From positions 2,961,310 to 3,025,309 of the forward strand of contig OY764080.1 in the NCBI GenBank assembly GCA_963667925.1: 64,000 nt of DNA. Reading direction: 5' to 3'. The notes under the pieces were generated by a model, which had not been told where the DNA came from, searched no databases, and saw nothing but the letters and a program-made list of their open reading frames with translations. The position numbers and the translations under genes were made by a program. The DNA is from Chloroflexota bacterium (GTDB taxonomy: Bacteria > Chloroflexota > UBA11872). Positions 1-10,301 of the stretch are shown piece by piece (within the stretch, counting starts at the first letter, position 1; every line of letters starts with the position of its first letter).

Positions 1-419
1 CCGCTCGTGGCGCTGCCGAAGTTCTCCTTGACGCAGCCCAAGAATCGGGTGCTTCTCTTGAATGGGGTTCGAGCGGGGTCAGCATTCGAGCGCGCTGCTC
101 TGCGTGGAAACCTCCAGTGACCGTTGCGTGGCTCTATCCGCCATCAGTTCCGGGATGGATGGGCTTGACCGACATCACGTTTGGAGCAGCCATATTCTCC
201 GGGTACGACACGCCGCCCGGAGAAATACTTCGGTCCCTTCTTGAAACCTGGATCGACCGATTTGCTGGAGATGGATTTAGCGCCCCAGCAAACTTTCACG
301 ACCCACAAGACACGCGGTGGGCCAGAGGCTGGACTGTCAACTACAGCGCCGCAGCCGACCACATTGAGCTGCTGGCGGAACGTCTGACCAACGTCCTGAA
401 GGAACTGAAGGCGCTCTAA
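1..419 (+). CDS. hypothetical protein, 5'-truncated (reading frame open to window start)
   Basis: Frame 3 has no stop from nt 3 to the TAA ending at 419; the ORF-track entry starts at an internal GTG at 117. No recognisable domain. Confidence 0.3.
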   Translation, partial: ARGAAEVLLDAAQESGASLEWGSSGVSIRARCSAWKPPVTVAWLYPPSVPGWMGLTDITFGAAIFSGYDTPPGEILRSLLETWIDRFAGDGFSAPANFHDPQDTRWARGWTVNYSAAADHIELLAERLTNVLKELKAL

Positions 420-492
420 GCCTGTCCGCGTTTCGTCAGGCCGCCGAGAATCATTCACAATGCGCTCTTAGCCAGCTTCACGGAGTCCCGGC

Positions 493-1962
493 ATGGCCAC
501 TCGCCGTCCAAACATTCTCTTCATTACGACCGATCAGCAGCGAGGCGACGCGCTGGGCGTCGCGGGTCAATCCTGGCTGCAGACGCCGACTCTGGATGCG
601 TTGGCGCGGGACGGCTACTACCTGACCCGCTGCTACAGCGAGACCCCGGTCTGCGTGGCGGCGCGGACGACCTGGATGACGGGGCAGCATCCCTGGGCGC
701 ACGGGGTGTTTGGCAACTCACGGAATCCGATGAATCCGGAGAACACGCTGCCGGGCGTGCTGACCCGGCATGGGTATCGCACGCACGGCGCCGGGAAGTT
801 TCACTTTTCCCCCGACCAGCGCGTCTTGAACGGCTTCGAGAGCACCGTCATCTGCGAAGAAGGCCGCATGCGAGAGGGCGACGACTACCACCACTGGCTG
901 CAAACAACGCCCTGGGCCGGCCTGGAACGCGCGCACGGCGTCGGCAACAACGACATCTTTGCCGCGCCCTCGCCGGTGCCGGAGTCACACTACGTGTCCA
1001 CCTGGACCGCCAACGAGGCGATTGGCTTCCTGCACCAGCATCACGCGAGCGAGTCCGAGCGCCCCTTCTACCTGCATTGCAGCTTCACCAAACCGCACTC
1101 CGCCTACGACCCGCCACGGCCCTACGACCAGCTCTACGCACCTGACGAAGTGCCCGAGCCCTGGCGCAACGGCAAGGAAATGCCGGAGAGCCCGCCCCAG
1201 CTACGCCGCGCCAACTTCGAGTACACGTGGCACTCGCTGGGGCCCGAGCAGATCGCGCTGGCGCGCGCGTTCTACTACGGAAACATTACCCACCTGGACC
1301 ACTGCATCGGCCGCCTGCTGGGCGTGCTGGACGGACTCGGACTGCGCGAGAACACGGTCATCGTCTTCAACTCCGACCACGGCGATCTGATGGGCGACCA
1401 CAACCTGTTCTTCAAGGGCAACTTCTACGAGGAGTCCACGCACGTCCCGCTCATCGTGTGGGCGCCCGAGGCCATACGGAGCGAACTGGACCTGGGCCCG
1501 TCGCGGCACGTTGACTCCCTGACCAGCCAGGAGCAGTTGATGCCGTTCATGCTCAGCGCCGCCGGCGCCGAGATCCCGCCGGACGTCGGCACGGCGCCGC
1601 CGCTGGCCGATGTCATCGCCGGGCGTCACGCGGGCGCGCCCGTTCACGGCGTCTTCGGCAATCAGGCCAATCGCCAGCTCGCGCTGATCGAGGAGCGCTA
1701 CAAGTACATCTGGTGGGCCAACGGCCGCTTCGAGCAACTCTTCGACCGCCAGTCCGACCCAACTGAACTCACCAACCTGGCCGACGACCCGACCTATGAC
1801 GACGAACTGGGACGGATGCGGGCCGCTCTGGTCGAAATCGTGCGCTCGCACGGCGCCCACGCGGCCCTGGAGGACGACGACCTGCGCGGCAGCGACTACG
1901 ACGAGTCGACTACCAGGTTCGGCAAGCGCAACCCGCAGCCGTGGGGGCGGCGGCCGTACTAG
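493..1962 (+). CDS. sulfatase (alkaline-phosphatase superfamily), atypical active-site motif, no signal peptide
   Basis: N-terminal ILFITTDQQRGD metal-binding motif; the FGly motif position reads C-V-A-A-R instead of C-x-P-x-R; overall sulfatase architecture (GxxF, SDHG, KGNFYEES). Confidence 0.8.
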   Translation: MATRRPNILFITTDQQRGDALGVAGQSWLQTPTLDALARDGYYLTRCYSETPVCVAARTTWMTGQHPWAHGVFGNSRNPMNPENTLPGVLTRHGYRTHGAGKFHFSPDQRVLNGFESTVICEEGRMREGDDYHHWLQTTPWAGLERAHGVGNNDIFAAPSPVPESHYVSTWTANEAIGFLHQHHASESERPFYLHCSFTKPHSAYDPPRPYDQLYAPDEVPEPWRNGKEMPESPPQLRRANFEYTWHSLGPEQIALARAFYYGNITHLDHCIGRLLGVLDGLGLRENTVIVFNSDHGDLMGDHNLFFKGNFYEESTHVPLIVWAPEAIRSELDLGPSRHVDSLTSQEQLMPFMLSAAGAEIPPDVGTAPPLADVIAGRHAGAPVHGVFGNQANRQLALIEERYKYIWWANGRFEQLFDRQSDPTELTNLADDPTYDDELGRMRAALVEIVRSHGAHAALEDDDLRGSDYDESTTRFGKRNPQPWGRRPY

Positions 1963-1992
1963 GGTCGGTAACACCCGACCAGGAAGTCGAAC

Positions 1993-3369
1993 TTGTCCGA
2001 ACAATCTCCGTCCGCCCGCCAGTTTCTGGCGACCTTGCGCAGTGGCGATGCGGCAGAGTTGCGGCAGCTGCTGGACACAGATTCTTGGTTGCGCAAGCAC
2101 GTTGACGCGCCGTGGGGATACTTCGACGCACCAGCGCTTGTTGAGGCCAGCGCGCGGGGGGACGCGGACATGATGCGAGTGCTGGTGGAGGCCGGTGCGG
2201 ACGTCAATGCTCGGTCAGGTTGGGAGCCGGGCGGTTCGGGCGTGCTGGACGCGGAGCATGTCGAGTTGTGGGTGAACGAGTGGCGCGCGGACGGCTCTCC
2301 CGTGATGACCGATCTATTCGAGGATTTCCGGCGGCGTGGACTGCGGGTTGACGCGCACGCCGCCGCCAACCTGAGCGACGCGATTGAACTGGGACGGCTG
2401 ATCGACGAGCGGCCGGACTGCGTTAACGAGCGAGGACGCGACGGGGCTTCGCCCCTGCACATGGCGCGCACGCCGGCAATCGTGGACCTGCTGATCGATC
2501 ACGGCGCCGACGCTGACATGCGGGACATCGACCACGGCGCGACACCGGCGCAGTGGGCCATTGACGAACCGGCCGTATGTCGACGACTCCTCGAGCGCGG
2601 GGCCACGCCCGACATTTACGTCGCCTGCGCGCTGGGCGACATTGACCTCGCGGATCGCGTAATCGCGGCTCACCCTGACGCCCTGAAATCCCGCAGCAAC
2701 CACGGCCCTCACATGGCCGACCGTCCGCCAGGCGGCCACATGTACATCTATCGGATGGGAGTGGGAATGCGACCGCTTCCGTACGCCAGTGCGAAGGGCC
2801 ATGACGAGTTCGTAGAACAATTGCTGACGCGCGCCAGTCCAGCGGAGCAGTTGATTCACGCGTCGTGGACCGGGGACCATTCGCGGGCGCTGGCACTCGT
2901 GCAGGCGAACCCTGAACTCGTCGCGTCGCTTGTCCCCGACGAGTCGCGTGCCATAAGCGACGCCGCCTGGAACAACTACCGAAACGGTGTGGCCCTCCTG
3001 CTCGAGGTTGGATTTCCAGTCGATGCCCGAGGCGACGACAACGGCACGCCGCTGGATCGTGCGGCGGTGCGGGGCTACGCCGACATTGTGGAAGTGCTCC
3101 TTCGTCACGACGCGTCGCTGGGCGTCACCAACGACTTCGGCGGTACACCGCTGGGCGGCGCGATCTGGGGCGCAGGCAACTTTCGCGATCCCAAGGGCGA
3201 CTATGTGAGGACCGTCGGCTTGCTGGCAGCCGTTGAACCCGATCTCAACCGGCTGGGGGACGATGGCCAGACGCACCTGGACCGGGCCCTGGCCAGTGGG
3301 CGCGAGGATGTGGCCGATGCGCTGCGACGTCACGGCGCGCGAGGCGCGCCCGAACTGAACGACGGCTAG
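1993..3369 (+). CDS. ankyrin-repeat protein
   Basis: Multiple ANK-like repeats (GADVNA, GASPLH, IDHGATP, DDNGTPLD, GYADIVEVLLRHDA); TTG start per ORF track. Confidence 0.75.
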   Translation: MSEQSPSARQFLATLRSGDAAELRQLLDTDSWLRKHVDAPWGYFDAPALVEASARGDADMMRVLVEAGADVNARSGWEPGGSGVLDAEHVELWVNEWRADGSPVMTDLFEDFRRRGLRVDAHAAANLSDAIELGRLIDERPDCVNERGRDGASPLHMARTPAIVDLLIDHGADADMRDIDHGATPAQWAIDEPAVCRRLLERGATPDIYVACALGDIDLADRVIAAHPDALKSRSNHGPHMADRPPGGHMYIYRMGVGMRPLPYASAKGHDEFVEQLLTRASPAEQLIHASWTGDHSRALALVQANPELVASLVPDESRAISDAAWNNYRNGVALLLEVGFPVDARGDDNGTPLDRAAVRGYADIVEVLLRHDASLGVTNDFGGTPLGGAIWGAGNFRDPKGDYVRTVGLLAAVEPDLNRLGDDGQTHLDRALASGREDVADALRRHGARGAPELNDG

Positions 3370-3373
3370 CCGC

Positions 3374-4060
3374 TTGGACATCCCCAATGTCGTCAGTTCG
3401 TTCCAGGTCTCGGACGAGCGCGGCAGCGTGTCGTCTGTGCTGCTGCACCCACCAACGGCGCACTCACTGCTTGTGCTTGGTCACGGAGCCGGCACCAACG
3501 CACGGCACCCGTTCATGGAGCAGCTGGCCCGGGCGCTGGCTGCCACAGGGGTCGCGACCTTCCGCTTCAACTATCCCTACTCGGAATCGGGCCGCGGCGG
3601 CATGGACGGTGAACGCGTACGCCTGGCAACCGTGCAAGGAGCCGTGGCCGCTGCTAAGGAGTCCGCATCGGATCTGCCAATCTTTGCCGGCGGACATTCA
3701 ATGAGCGGTCGGATGTTCACGCAGGCGGCCTCGAAAGGACTGATCGACGGGCTGGCGGGAATCGTTAGCTTTGCTTTTCCGCTGCACCAACCAAGGCGGC
3801 CAGATATTGCTCGGGCCCGTCACCTGGCCAAACTCCACGCTCCAACGCTGTTTGTATCGGGCGACCGCGACGCCATGGCTCGGCCGGATCTGCTGCGTGG
3901 AGTTGTAAGTGAATTGCCAACTGCCGCATGTCTGCATGTCATTGGCGGTGCGGATCACGGCTTCAAGGTGTTGAAGCGCTCCGGTCGAACGGCAGACGAC
4001 GTTCTGGCCGAAGCCGCTCGCGTCACATCGGACTGGATGGTCGAGCAAGTCGCGCGTTAG
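3374..4060 (+). CDS. alpha/beta-hydrolase fold protein (COG3571-like predicted hydrolase)
   Basis: HGAGTNARHPF motif and G-H-S-M-S-G nucleophile elbow; about 228 aa; immediately follows the ankyrin gene. Confidence 0.7.
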   Translation: MDIPNVVSSFQVSDERGSVSSVLLHPPTAHSLLVLGHGAGTNARHPFMEQLARALAATGVATFRFNYPYSESGRGGMDGERVRLATVQGAVAAAKESASDLPIFAGGHSMSGRMFTQAASKGLIDGLAGIVSFAFPLHQPRRPDIARARHLAKLHAPTLFVSGDRDAMARPDLLRGVVSELPTAACLHVIGGADHGFKVLKRSGRTADDVLAEAARVTSDWMVEQVAR

Positions 4061-4198
4061 CGGCCAGGCATCCGTCTACAACAGTGGCGAGCCAATCCTT
4101 ATGGCCCGTGCATGCGGTTTCCGCTGATGACTTATGGTCACTGCATTCACCGTTGACGACCCGCGCTTAGCGGCGCCGTACCGGAAAGGTCAAGAGCT

Positions 4199-5668
4199 AT
4201 GGCTACCGATCATCCGAACGTCGTGCTGTTTATCAGCGATCAGCAACATGCCGACACCATCGCCGCCGGCGGCGTGGAGGGTATTCGGACACCACACCTC
4301 GACTGGATTGCCGGCGACGGCGCACTCTTCGACCGCGCCTACTGTCCGTATCCCATCTGCTCGCCGTCGCGCATGGCCACGCTCTCGGGCCTGTATCCGC
4401 ACACCAACGGCATGGTGGCCAACCACCAGATGCGGCCCGGCTGCGATCTGATGCGTTACCCGGAGGACGTGCGGAATCTGGGCGACTATCTCGGCGACCT
4501 CGGCTACCTTCGCGGCTACGCCGGGAAGTGGCACCTGGGAAGCGGCGCCGCCCGCCCCGGGTTTCCGCACTTCACTTCCCGTTCAGGCGATAACGATGTG
4601 GACCGTAGGGCCCAAAACGAGGTCCTGCGCCTAACTCAGCAGCTCGGCGTTGAGATCGGCGGCAAGGAACATGGGGTCGAGCCGGATCCCGCCGTCTATA
4701 ACCGGAAAACCAACGTCGGACCATCGCTCCTGCCGCTGGCCCAGCATCCGTCCGTCTTCCACATGGACCACGCCACCGACTGGGTGCGCAGCCGCAAGGG
4801 CGACGATCAGCCGTTCTGCCTGGTCTATTCCTGTCACGAACCGCACCCGCCCTACACCTCGCCAGAGCCGTTCCATTCCATGTACCACCCGGACGACATG
4901 GACCTGCCGGCCAACCGGCACGACCCGGCGGGTCCGGCGCTGGTCGCCCACCGCGACGCCGAGCAGCTTCGGGTCATATCGGACTGGACCGATGATGAGG
5001 TCCGGTCGATGCGGGCGGCCTATCGGGGCGCCGTGTCCTACGTGGACCACCTGGTCGGCCGACTCGTCACGGCGCTGCTGGATGCCGACAAGTGGGACAA
5101 CACGCTGTTTGTATTCTTCTCGGACCACGGCGAGATGCTTGGACACCATGGGCTGGCCGCCAAGGGCGCCGTGATGTACGAAGACCTGGTTCGGATTCCG
5201 CTGATCATCCGTCCGCCCGGCGGCCTGGGCCGTGCGCACCGCTCAGATCGCGTGGTATCGCTAGTGGACTTGGTTCCCACCATCGTCGCCATGTGCGGCG
5301 GTCAGCCGGCCGACGTGCTGCAGGGCGTGGACTTCGGCGACCTGGTTCGCGGCGGCGACCACCGCGTCAATGCTGGCGTTGCCGCCGAATTCCACTCGGT
5401 GAACTGGACTGATCCCCTCCACCTGCTGCGCATGTGGGTGGACGAGCGCTGGAAGTACGTGGAATCGCAGGACGATAGCGACGAGCTATATGACTTGCGC
5501 GACGACCCGCTTGAACTGCAGAACCAGATCAGGAATCCGGACTACGCTGATCAGCTTGAACGCTGTCGACGGGCATTGCGCCGCTGGTGCACCGAGACTG
5601 GCGACTCGTGGCCCGAGGTCGTACAGCCTCCGCCGCGTCCTGCCACGCTGGCTCGGCCGATTGTCTAG
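4199..5668 (+). CDS. sulfatase (arylsulfatase family), cytoplasmic
   Basis: VVLFISDQQH and the canonical C-S-P-S-R FGly motif; DHGEMLG; no signal peptide. Confidence 0.9.
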   Translation: MATDHPNVVLFISDQQHADTIAAGGVEGIRTPHLDWIAGDGALFDRAYCPYPICSPSRMATLSGLYPHTNGMVANHQMRPGCDLMRYPEDVRNLGDYLGDLGYLRGYAGKWHLGSGAARPGFPHFTSRSGDNDVDRRAQNEVLRLTQQLGVEIGGKEHGVEPDPAVYNRKTNVGPSLLPLAQHPSVFHMDHATDWVRSRKGDDQPFCLVYSCHEPHPPYTSPEPFHSMYHPDDMDLPANRHDPAGPALVAHRDAEQLRVISDWTDDEVRSMRAAYRGAVSYVDHLVGRLVTALLDADKWDNTLFVFFSDHGEMLGHHGLAAKGAVMYEDLVRIPLIIRPPGGLGRAHRSDRVVSLVDLVPTIVAMCGGQPADVLQGVDFGDLVRGGDHRVNAGVAAEFHSVNWTDPLHLLRMWVDERWKYVESQDDSDELYDLRDDPLELQNQIRNPDYADQLERCRRALRRWCTETGDSWPEVVQPPPRPATLARPIV

Positions 5669-5789
5669 GCCGAGGGACAACTCTGGCGCGCCTCTGCTTC
5701 AACGTCAATCGAGCGAGTGCGATAGAGTTAGCGTTGCGACGAATCTTTGAGTGTCACGAGACGCTCACGCCGGATCCAGGGAGGGACCG

Positions 5790-7439
5790 ATGCGTCGACT
5801 GATTTCACGTAGGCACATGCTTCGCGGCGCCGCCGCGGGCGCAACCGGGCTAGCCGGTGTCGCTGCGCTGGCAGCCTGTGGTGAGACACAGGTCGTCACG
5901 AAGGAAGTCCCGGTCGAAACGACCGTGATCAAGGAAGTGCCGGTCGAGAAGATCGTCCGTGAGACCGAGGTCAGGGAAGTCCCGGTCGAGAAGATCGTGA
6001 CCCAACAGGTCGATCGGATCATCACGCAGACGGTCGAGGTCGAGAAGGTCGTCGAGAAGGTCGTGACAGAGACGGTCGAAGTCGAGAAGGTCGTCGAGAA
6101 GGTCGTGGAAGTGATGGTGGAGGCTCCGCCTGAAACACGCACCGTCAAGATCGAGCACGCCACCGACCACACGTCCGGTCCGCGTGGCGCGGCCATGTCG
6201 TGGGCCATTGAGCGCTTTGCCGTGCAGCGCCCGGACATCAAGGTGAAGTTCATCCCGCAGGACCACATTTACTACGAGAAGATCGCGGTGGAAGCGGTGG
6301 CTGGCACGCTCTCGGAGACCAACCTTCTCAACGGCGTGTCCTTCCAGCAGTTCTCCGGTGCGGGCATCTGGCTACAGATCGACGACATCCTGGCCAAGAA
6401 GGACGGTTACGACCCGTCGAACTACTGGTTCCAGCCCGACATCTACTCGGACAACATGGATCAGAGCTATCCCTACGACGCCACGCGTCTGCAGGGTCCG
6501 CTCTACGGGATGCCCTACCAGGGCGCCATCGGCGGTCTGATGTACAACATCACGCTGTTCGAGGGAGCCGGTGCCAACCAGCCGACGGAAGGCATGCGCT
6601 ATAGCGACTTGCTGGAGGAAATGAAAAAGACCCGCGATCCCGATAACGACGTTTGGGGGATTCGCGCCACGCGCTCCGAGCAGTTCCAGGTCTTTCCCCA
6701 GATGTATGGCTACAACAACGGGCAGGCGCGGGTAGATGGACCTAACGGCCACCAGATTTGGGGTCCGCCGTTGGACGACGGTTGGCGGGGATGGCAGGAC
6801 ATTGTGGATTACATCCACACAGAGAACGTCTCCTACACGCCCGAAGAGCGAAGTGGGCTTTCCGGTGAGTTTGGAAACCCCTTCGCGGCCGGCAGGCAGG
6901 CTGTGGAAATCGGCGGATCGGTCTATGGCACCGGCGGTAACATTCCGCGGATTCGTGACCGATTCCAGTGGTCACTCGGTCCAATGCCGTGGGGCGAGAA
7001 CACCGATCACGCCAATTTCGAGTGGAACGACCAGCCGCACATCGTGGCCGGTACGGCTACGGTAACGGGCGTGGAAGAGCAGGCGGTCGACTGGGTCTAC
7101 TTCCTGGCCGGTCCCGAGGTGCAGGGACGCGTGTCCATCGACCGCGGTCACCTGCCGACGTGGAAAGATGTCGCCAATCTTCCTGAAGCCCTCGCCGGAC
7201 CGCCCGAAGGTATGCACTACCTGTATGAGTACATCGCGAATCCAAACCTGCGCGCGATGCAGTGGTATGTACCCGGCGGGTTCTACTCCGAGATTCGCTC
7301 GTTGTGGCGGCCAGTTATGGATGGCGCGCTGGTCGGCGAGATCTCGGCTCAAGAGTCCACGGACACGGCCAGCGAGAGGGTCAACGACCTGCTGGCCAAG
7401 TTCCAGGGGCAGTTGGACGCCGGTGACGTCAAGCGCTAG
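5790..7439 (+). CDS. ABC-transporter solute-binding lipoprotein (family 1 SBP), Tat signal, repetitive VEKVV linker
   Basis: GGGAGGG Shine-Dalgarno before the ATG at 5790; RRHMLRGAAAG Tat motif and LAAC lipobox; (E/T)VEKVV tandem linker; ATDHTSGPRG motif shared with the SBPs at 60-64 kb. Confidence 0.8.
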   Translation: MRRLISRRHMLRGAAAGATGLAGVAALAACGETQVVTKEVPVETTVIKEVPVEKIVRETEVREVPVEKIVTQQVDRIITQTVEVEKVVEKVVTETVEVEKVVEKVVEVMVEAPPETRTVKIEHATDHTSGPRGAAMSWAIERFAVQRPDIKVKFIPQDHIYYEKIAVEAVAGTLSETNLLNGVSFQQFSGAGIWLQIDDILAKKDGYDPSNYWFQPDIYSDNMDQSYPYDATRLQGPLYGMPYQGAIGGLMYNITLFEGAGANQPTEGMRYSDLLEEMKKTRDPDNDVWGIRATRSEQFQVFPQMYGYNNGQARVDGPNGHQIWGPPLDDGWRGWQDIVDYIHTENVSYTPEERSGLSGEFGNPFAAGRQAVEIGGSVYGTGGNIPRIRDRFQWSLGPMPWGENTDHANFEWNDQPHIVAGTATVTGVEEQAVDWVYFLAGPEVQGRVSIDRGHLPTWKDVANLPEALAGPPEGMHYLYEYIANPNLRAMQWYVPGGFYSEIRSLWRPVMDGALVGEISAQESTDTASERVNDLLAKFQGQLDAGDVKR

Positions 7440-7456
7440 CGCTTGATTCGCCGTTG

Positions 7457-7497
7457 GAACGAGGCTCCCGCTTCGGCGGGGGCCTCGTTCGCTTTCG
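7457..7497 (+). terminator. putative intrinsic terminator hairpin downstream of the SBP gene
   Basis: GAACGAGGCTCCCGC-TTCG-GCGGGGGCCTCGTTC (14-bp stem, one mismatch) followed by GCTTTCGG. Confidence 0.4.
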
Positions 7498-7540
7498 GCA
7501 CCCCGCGAACTCGTCGCCGTCGGCTGGATAGGGTTTTCGG

Positions 7541-8773
7541 ATGACGAGGATTGGGTCTCTCGCTGAAGACGGCGTTCGGCAGTGGCGCAGCCTGAGCCTG
7601 CTGACGTTGGCCGAGTTGCTGGCGCTGGCGCCGTGGTTCAGCGCCGCCGCGGTGGCGCCGCTGATTCAGAGTGAGTGGGGACTAACGGCGGGGGCGGCGG
7701 CCTGGCTGACGCTGGCCGTACAGCTGGGTTTTGTAGCCGGGACGCTGGTAAGCGGCGTCCTGAACCTTCCTGATCGTTTTGACGCCTCGCGGCTGTTCGC
7801 CCTCAGTGCCGTCGGTGCGGCCCTGACGACCGCCGGCTTTGCGCTGCTGGCGGACGGACCGCTCGATGGCGCGGTGCTGCGCTTCCTCACCGGCGCCTTT
7901 CTTGCCGGGGTGTATCCGCCTGGACTCAAGCTGGCGACCACGTGGACGCGGCGACATCGAGGGTTGGCTCTGAGCCTGATTGTGGGGGCGCTCACCGTCG
8001 GGTCGGCCAGCCCACACCTGGTCCGAGCGCTGCTGGACACGTCCTGGCGGCCAATGGTGCTGGTAACCGCCGGGCTGGCTCTGGCCGCGGGAGTGCTGGT
8101 GTTGGGCGGAGTTCGGCAGGGACCGTTTGCGGCGCCGCCGGCTCGCTTCAATCCGCGGTTCGCGTTGCAGATCGTCCGAGCGCCCGGGCTGCGGCTGGCG
8201 ACGCTGGGTTATCTGGGTCACCAGTGGGAGCTGTATGCCATGTGGGCCTGGGCTCCGCTGTTCCTGGCGCAGGTTGTGGCGCGGGAAGGCGGGGAGGCTG
8301 GACTGGCGGCGGGTCTGGGGTTTGCGGTTATTGCGGTGGGTGGAGGAGGGGCGGTTGTGGGTGGTTTGGTGGCCGATCGCGTTGGGCGATCCGTGACAGC
8401 GGCTGGGGCAATGGCGGTGAGCGGGAGCGCGGCTATTGCTGTGGCGCTGCTGGTGGATGCGCCGCTGTTGGTGTTGCTGCCGATCATGCTGCTTTGGGGG
8501 TTCAGCGTGATTGCGGACTCTGCGCAGTTTTCGGCGGCGATATCGGAGTTGAGTCCGCCGCAATACGTGGGCACTGCGCTGACGCTGCAGATCTGCATTG
8601 GGTTTCTGCTGACGTTTGTCAGCATTCACCTCGTTGGACTCTTGGTGGACAGCGGGCCGAATTGGGCGCTGGCGTTTGGGGTGCTGGCGCTGGGGCCGGT
8701 GTTTGGGGTTGTATCGATGCTGGCGTTGCGGCGAAGGCCGGAGGCGGTGCGGATGGCGGGGGGACGCCGCTAG
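7541..8773 (+). CDS. MFS transporter
   Basis: About 12 predicted hydrophobic helices; MFS-like motif GxLxDRxGRR-like (LVADRVGRS). Confidence 0.75.
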   Translation: MTRIGSLAEDGVRQWRSLSLLTLAELLALAPWFSAAAVAPLIQSEWGLTAGAAAWLTLAVQLGFVAGTLVSGVLNLPDRFDASRLFALSAVGAALTTAGFALLADGPLDGAVLRFLTGAFLAGVYPPGLKLATTWTRRHRGLALSLIVGALTVGSASPHLVRALLDTSWRPMVLVTAGLALAAGVLVLGGVRQGPFAAPPARFNPRFALQIVRAPGLRLATLGYLGHQWELYAMWAWAPLFLAQVVAREGGEAGLAAGLGFAVIAVGGGGAVVGGLVADRVGRSVTAAGAMAVSGSAAIAVALLVDAPLLVLLPIMLLWGFSVIADSAQFSAAISELSPPQYVGTALTLQICIGFLLTFVSIHLVGLLVDSGPNWALAFGVLALGPVFGVVSMLALRRRPEAVRMAGGRR

Positions 8774-10290
8774 TAGACGGGTGGGCCGGGGTTGTAGTTG
8801 GGTGGGGCGAGGTCGGGGACCATGTGTTCGTGGGGGCGGCCCACGATTAGTTGGGAACCGTCGGTGAAGCCTTCGGGGCGTCCGCGGAGCTGCTCGATCA
8901 GGCGATGGCGCCAGGGGTTGAGATCCGTCTGCGATGAGAGGTCGTGCTCTTCGAACGGGTCGTTGCGGACGTCGAACAGGAGTTCCTGGCCGGTCTGGCT
9001 TTCCCAGATGTACTTGTGAGTGTCGCTGACCAAGGAATGCCAGCCGCGGGCCCACTGCTGTTCGGCGGGCGGCGGTTCGTTCGGCGAACCACCGGGCGGT
9101 AGCTCGGACGACGCGCCGCTGGCGTATTCGAGGTGCAGGGCGTCGCGCCAGGTAGCGGATTCACCCTGAACCAGCGGGAGAAGGCTGCGACCGGTGACCG
9201 AGGACGGGATGTCGCCGCCGGCGGCGTCGATGAGGGTGGGCATTACGTCCTGTAGCCCTACGGGCTGGTCAAGCACCTGTGCGCGAGGAGCGTCCCACGA
9301 CTCGGGCGAGTTGATGAGGAACGGTATGCCGGCCGAGGCCTCAAAGGGATAGCCCTTGGCGAGGTGGTAGTGGTCGCCGAGCATCTCGCCGTGGTCGCTG
9401 ACGAAGACGATCAGGGTGTCCTCCAACAGGCTCTTGTCTCGCATGTACTGGAAGAGCCGGCTCATCTGCATGTCAATGTGGTTGATCATTCCGTAGTAGG
9501 CGGCGCGCATGTAGTGCATGGGGAGCGGGTCGAGATTCATGCCGCGCCGATAGAAGCGACGTTCGGAACGAACTTCAGGGTCGATGCCGCGGTCCGGGCC
9601 TTTCCAGGGCTCCACCCAGTCGCCGATGACGGGCTGCGGAAGGTCCATTTCCGCGTAGCGGTCAAAGAAGAACTTTGGCGGGGTGAAGGGTGGATGGGGG
9701 TCGATGAAGGACAGGTTGAGGAAGAAGGGCTGGCTGGGGTCGCGACGCTCCAGGAAGTTGATGGCGCGGGAGACGCACCAGAAGGTGTGGGTCAGTTCCT
9801 CCGGCAGGTGGTTGGGTCGGCCAATCCAGCCGTTGGGGGTGGCACCGTGGGCCATGGCCCAGCGGTCAAGGGGGATCTCGCCGTGCAGCCAGTCGAGGTA
9901 GTCGTTGCCAGTGCCGCGAGTCGAGTCGGCCAATTCCATGGCGTCGAAGCCAAAACGTCGACGCTGGGGGAACAGGTGGATCTTGCCGATCATGCGGGTC
10001 TCGTAGCCCGCGTTGCCCAGTTCGCCGGCCAGCGTGGCCGGCGGATCCCAAGGAATGCCACCGGTCATGCCGACCATGCCGTTGACGCACGGCGCCTGGC
10101 CAGACATGAGGACGCGGCGCGCGGGAATGCAGGCGGGCGACTCGGTGTAGCCGCGGCGGAAGCGGGTGCCGGTGGCGCCAATCCAGTCCATGCTGGGGGT
10201 CTGCAGGACGGGGTGGTCGGCGATGCCGAGCGCGTCGTTGCGCTGCTGGTCGGTCATGATGAGCAGGATGTGGGGTTGCTTGTCTGCCAT
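8770..10290 (-). CDS. sulfatase (arylsulfatase family), cytoplasmic
   Basis: HILLIMTDQQRND and C-I-P-A-R FGly motif; tandem paralogue of the next gene. Confidence 0.9.
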   Translation of the reverse strand: MADKQPHILLIMTDQQRNDALGIADHPVLQTPSMDWIGATGTRFRRGYTESPACIPARRVLMSGQAPCVNGMVGMTGGIPWDPPATLAGELGNAGYETRMIGKIHLFPQRRRFGFDAMELADSTRGTGNDYLDWLHGEIPLDRWAMAHGATPNGWIGRPNHLPEELTHTFWCVSRAINFLERRDPSQPFFLNLSFIDPHPPFTPPKFFFDRYAEMDLPQPVIGDWVEPWKGPDRGIDPEVRSERRFYRRGMNLDPLPMHYMRAAYYGMINHIDMQMSRLFQYMRDKSLLEDTLIVFVSDHGEMLGDHYHLAKGYPFEASAGIPFLINSPESWDAPRAQVLDQPVGLQDVMPTLIDAAGGDIPSSVTGRSLLPLVQGESATWRDALHLEYASGASSELPPGGSPNEPPPAEQQWARGWHSLVSDTHKYIWESQTGQELLFDVRNDPFEEHDLSSQTDLNPWRHRLIEQLRGRPEGFTDGSQLIVGRPHEHMVPDLAPPNYNPGPPVY

Positions 10291-10301
10291 CGCGCGCCCC
10301 G

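Noticed and set aside
7682-9055. 457-aa ORF on the minus strand
   Set aside because: It is antisense to the MFS transporter, with an extreme Arg/Pro/Gln composition and no domain. It is a high-GC frame artefact.
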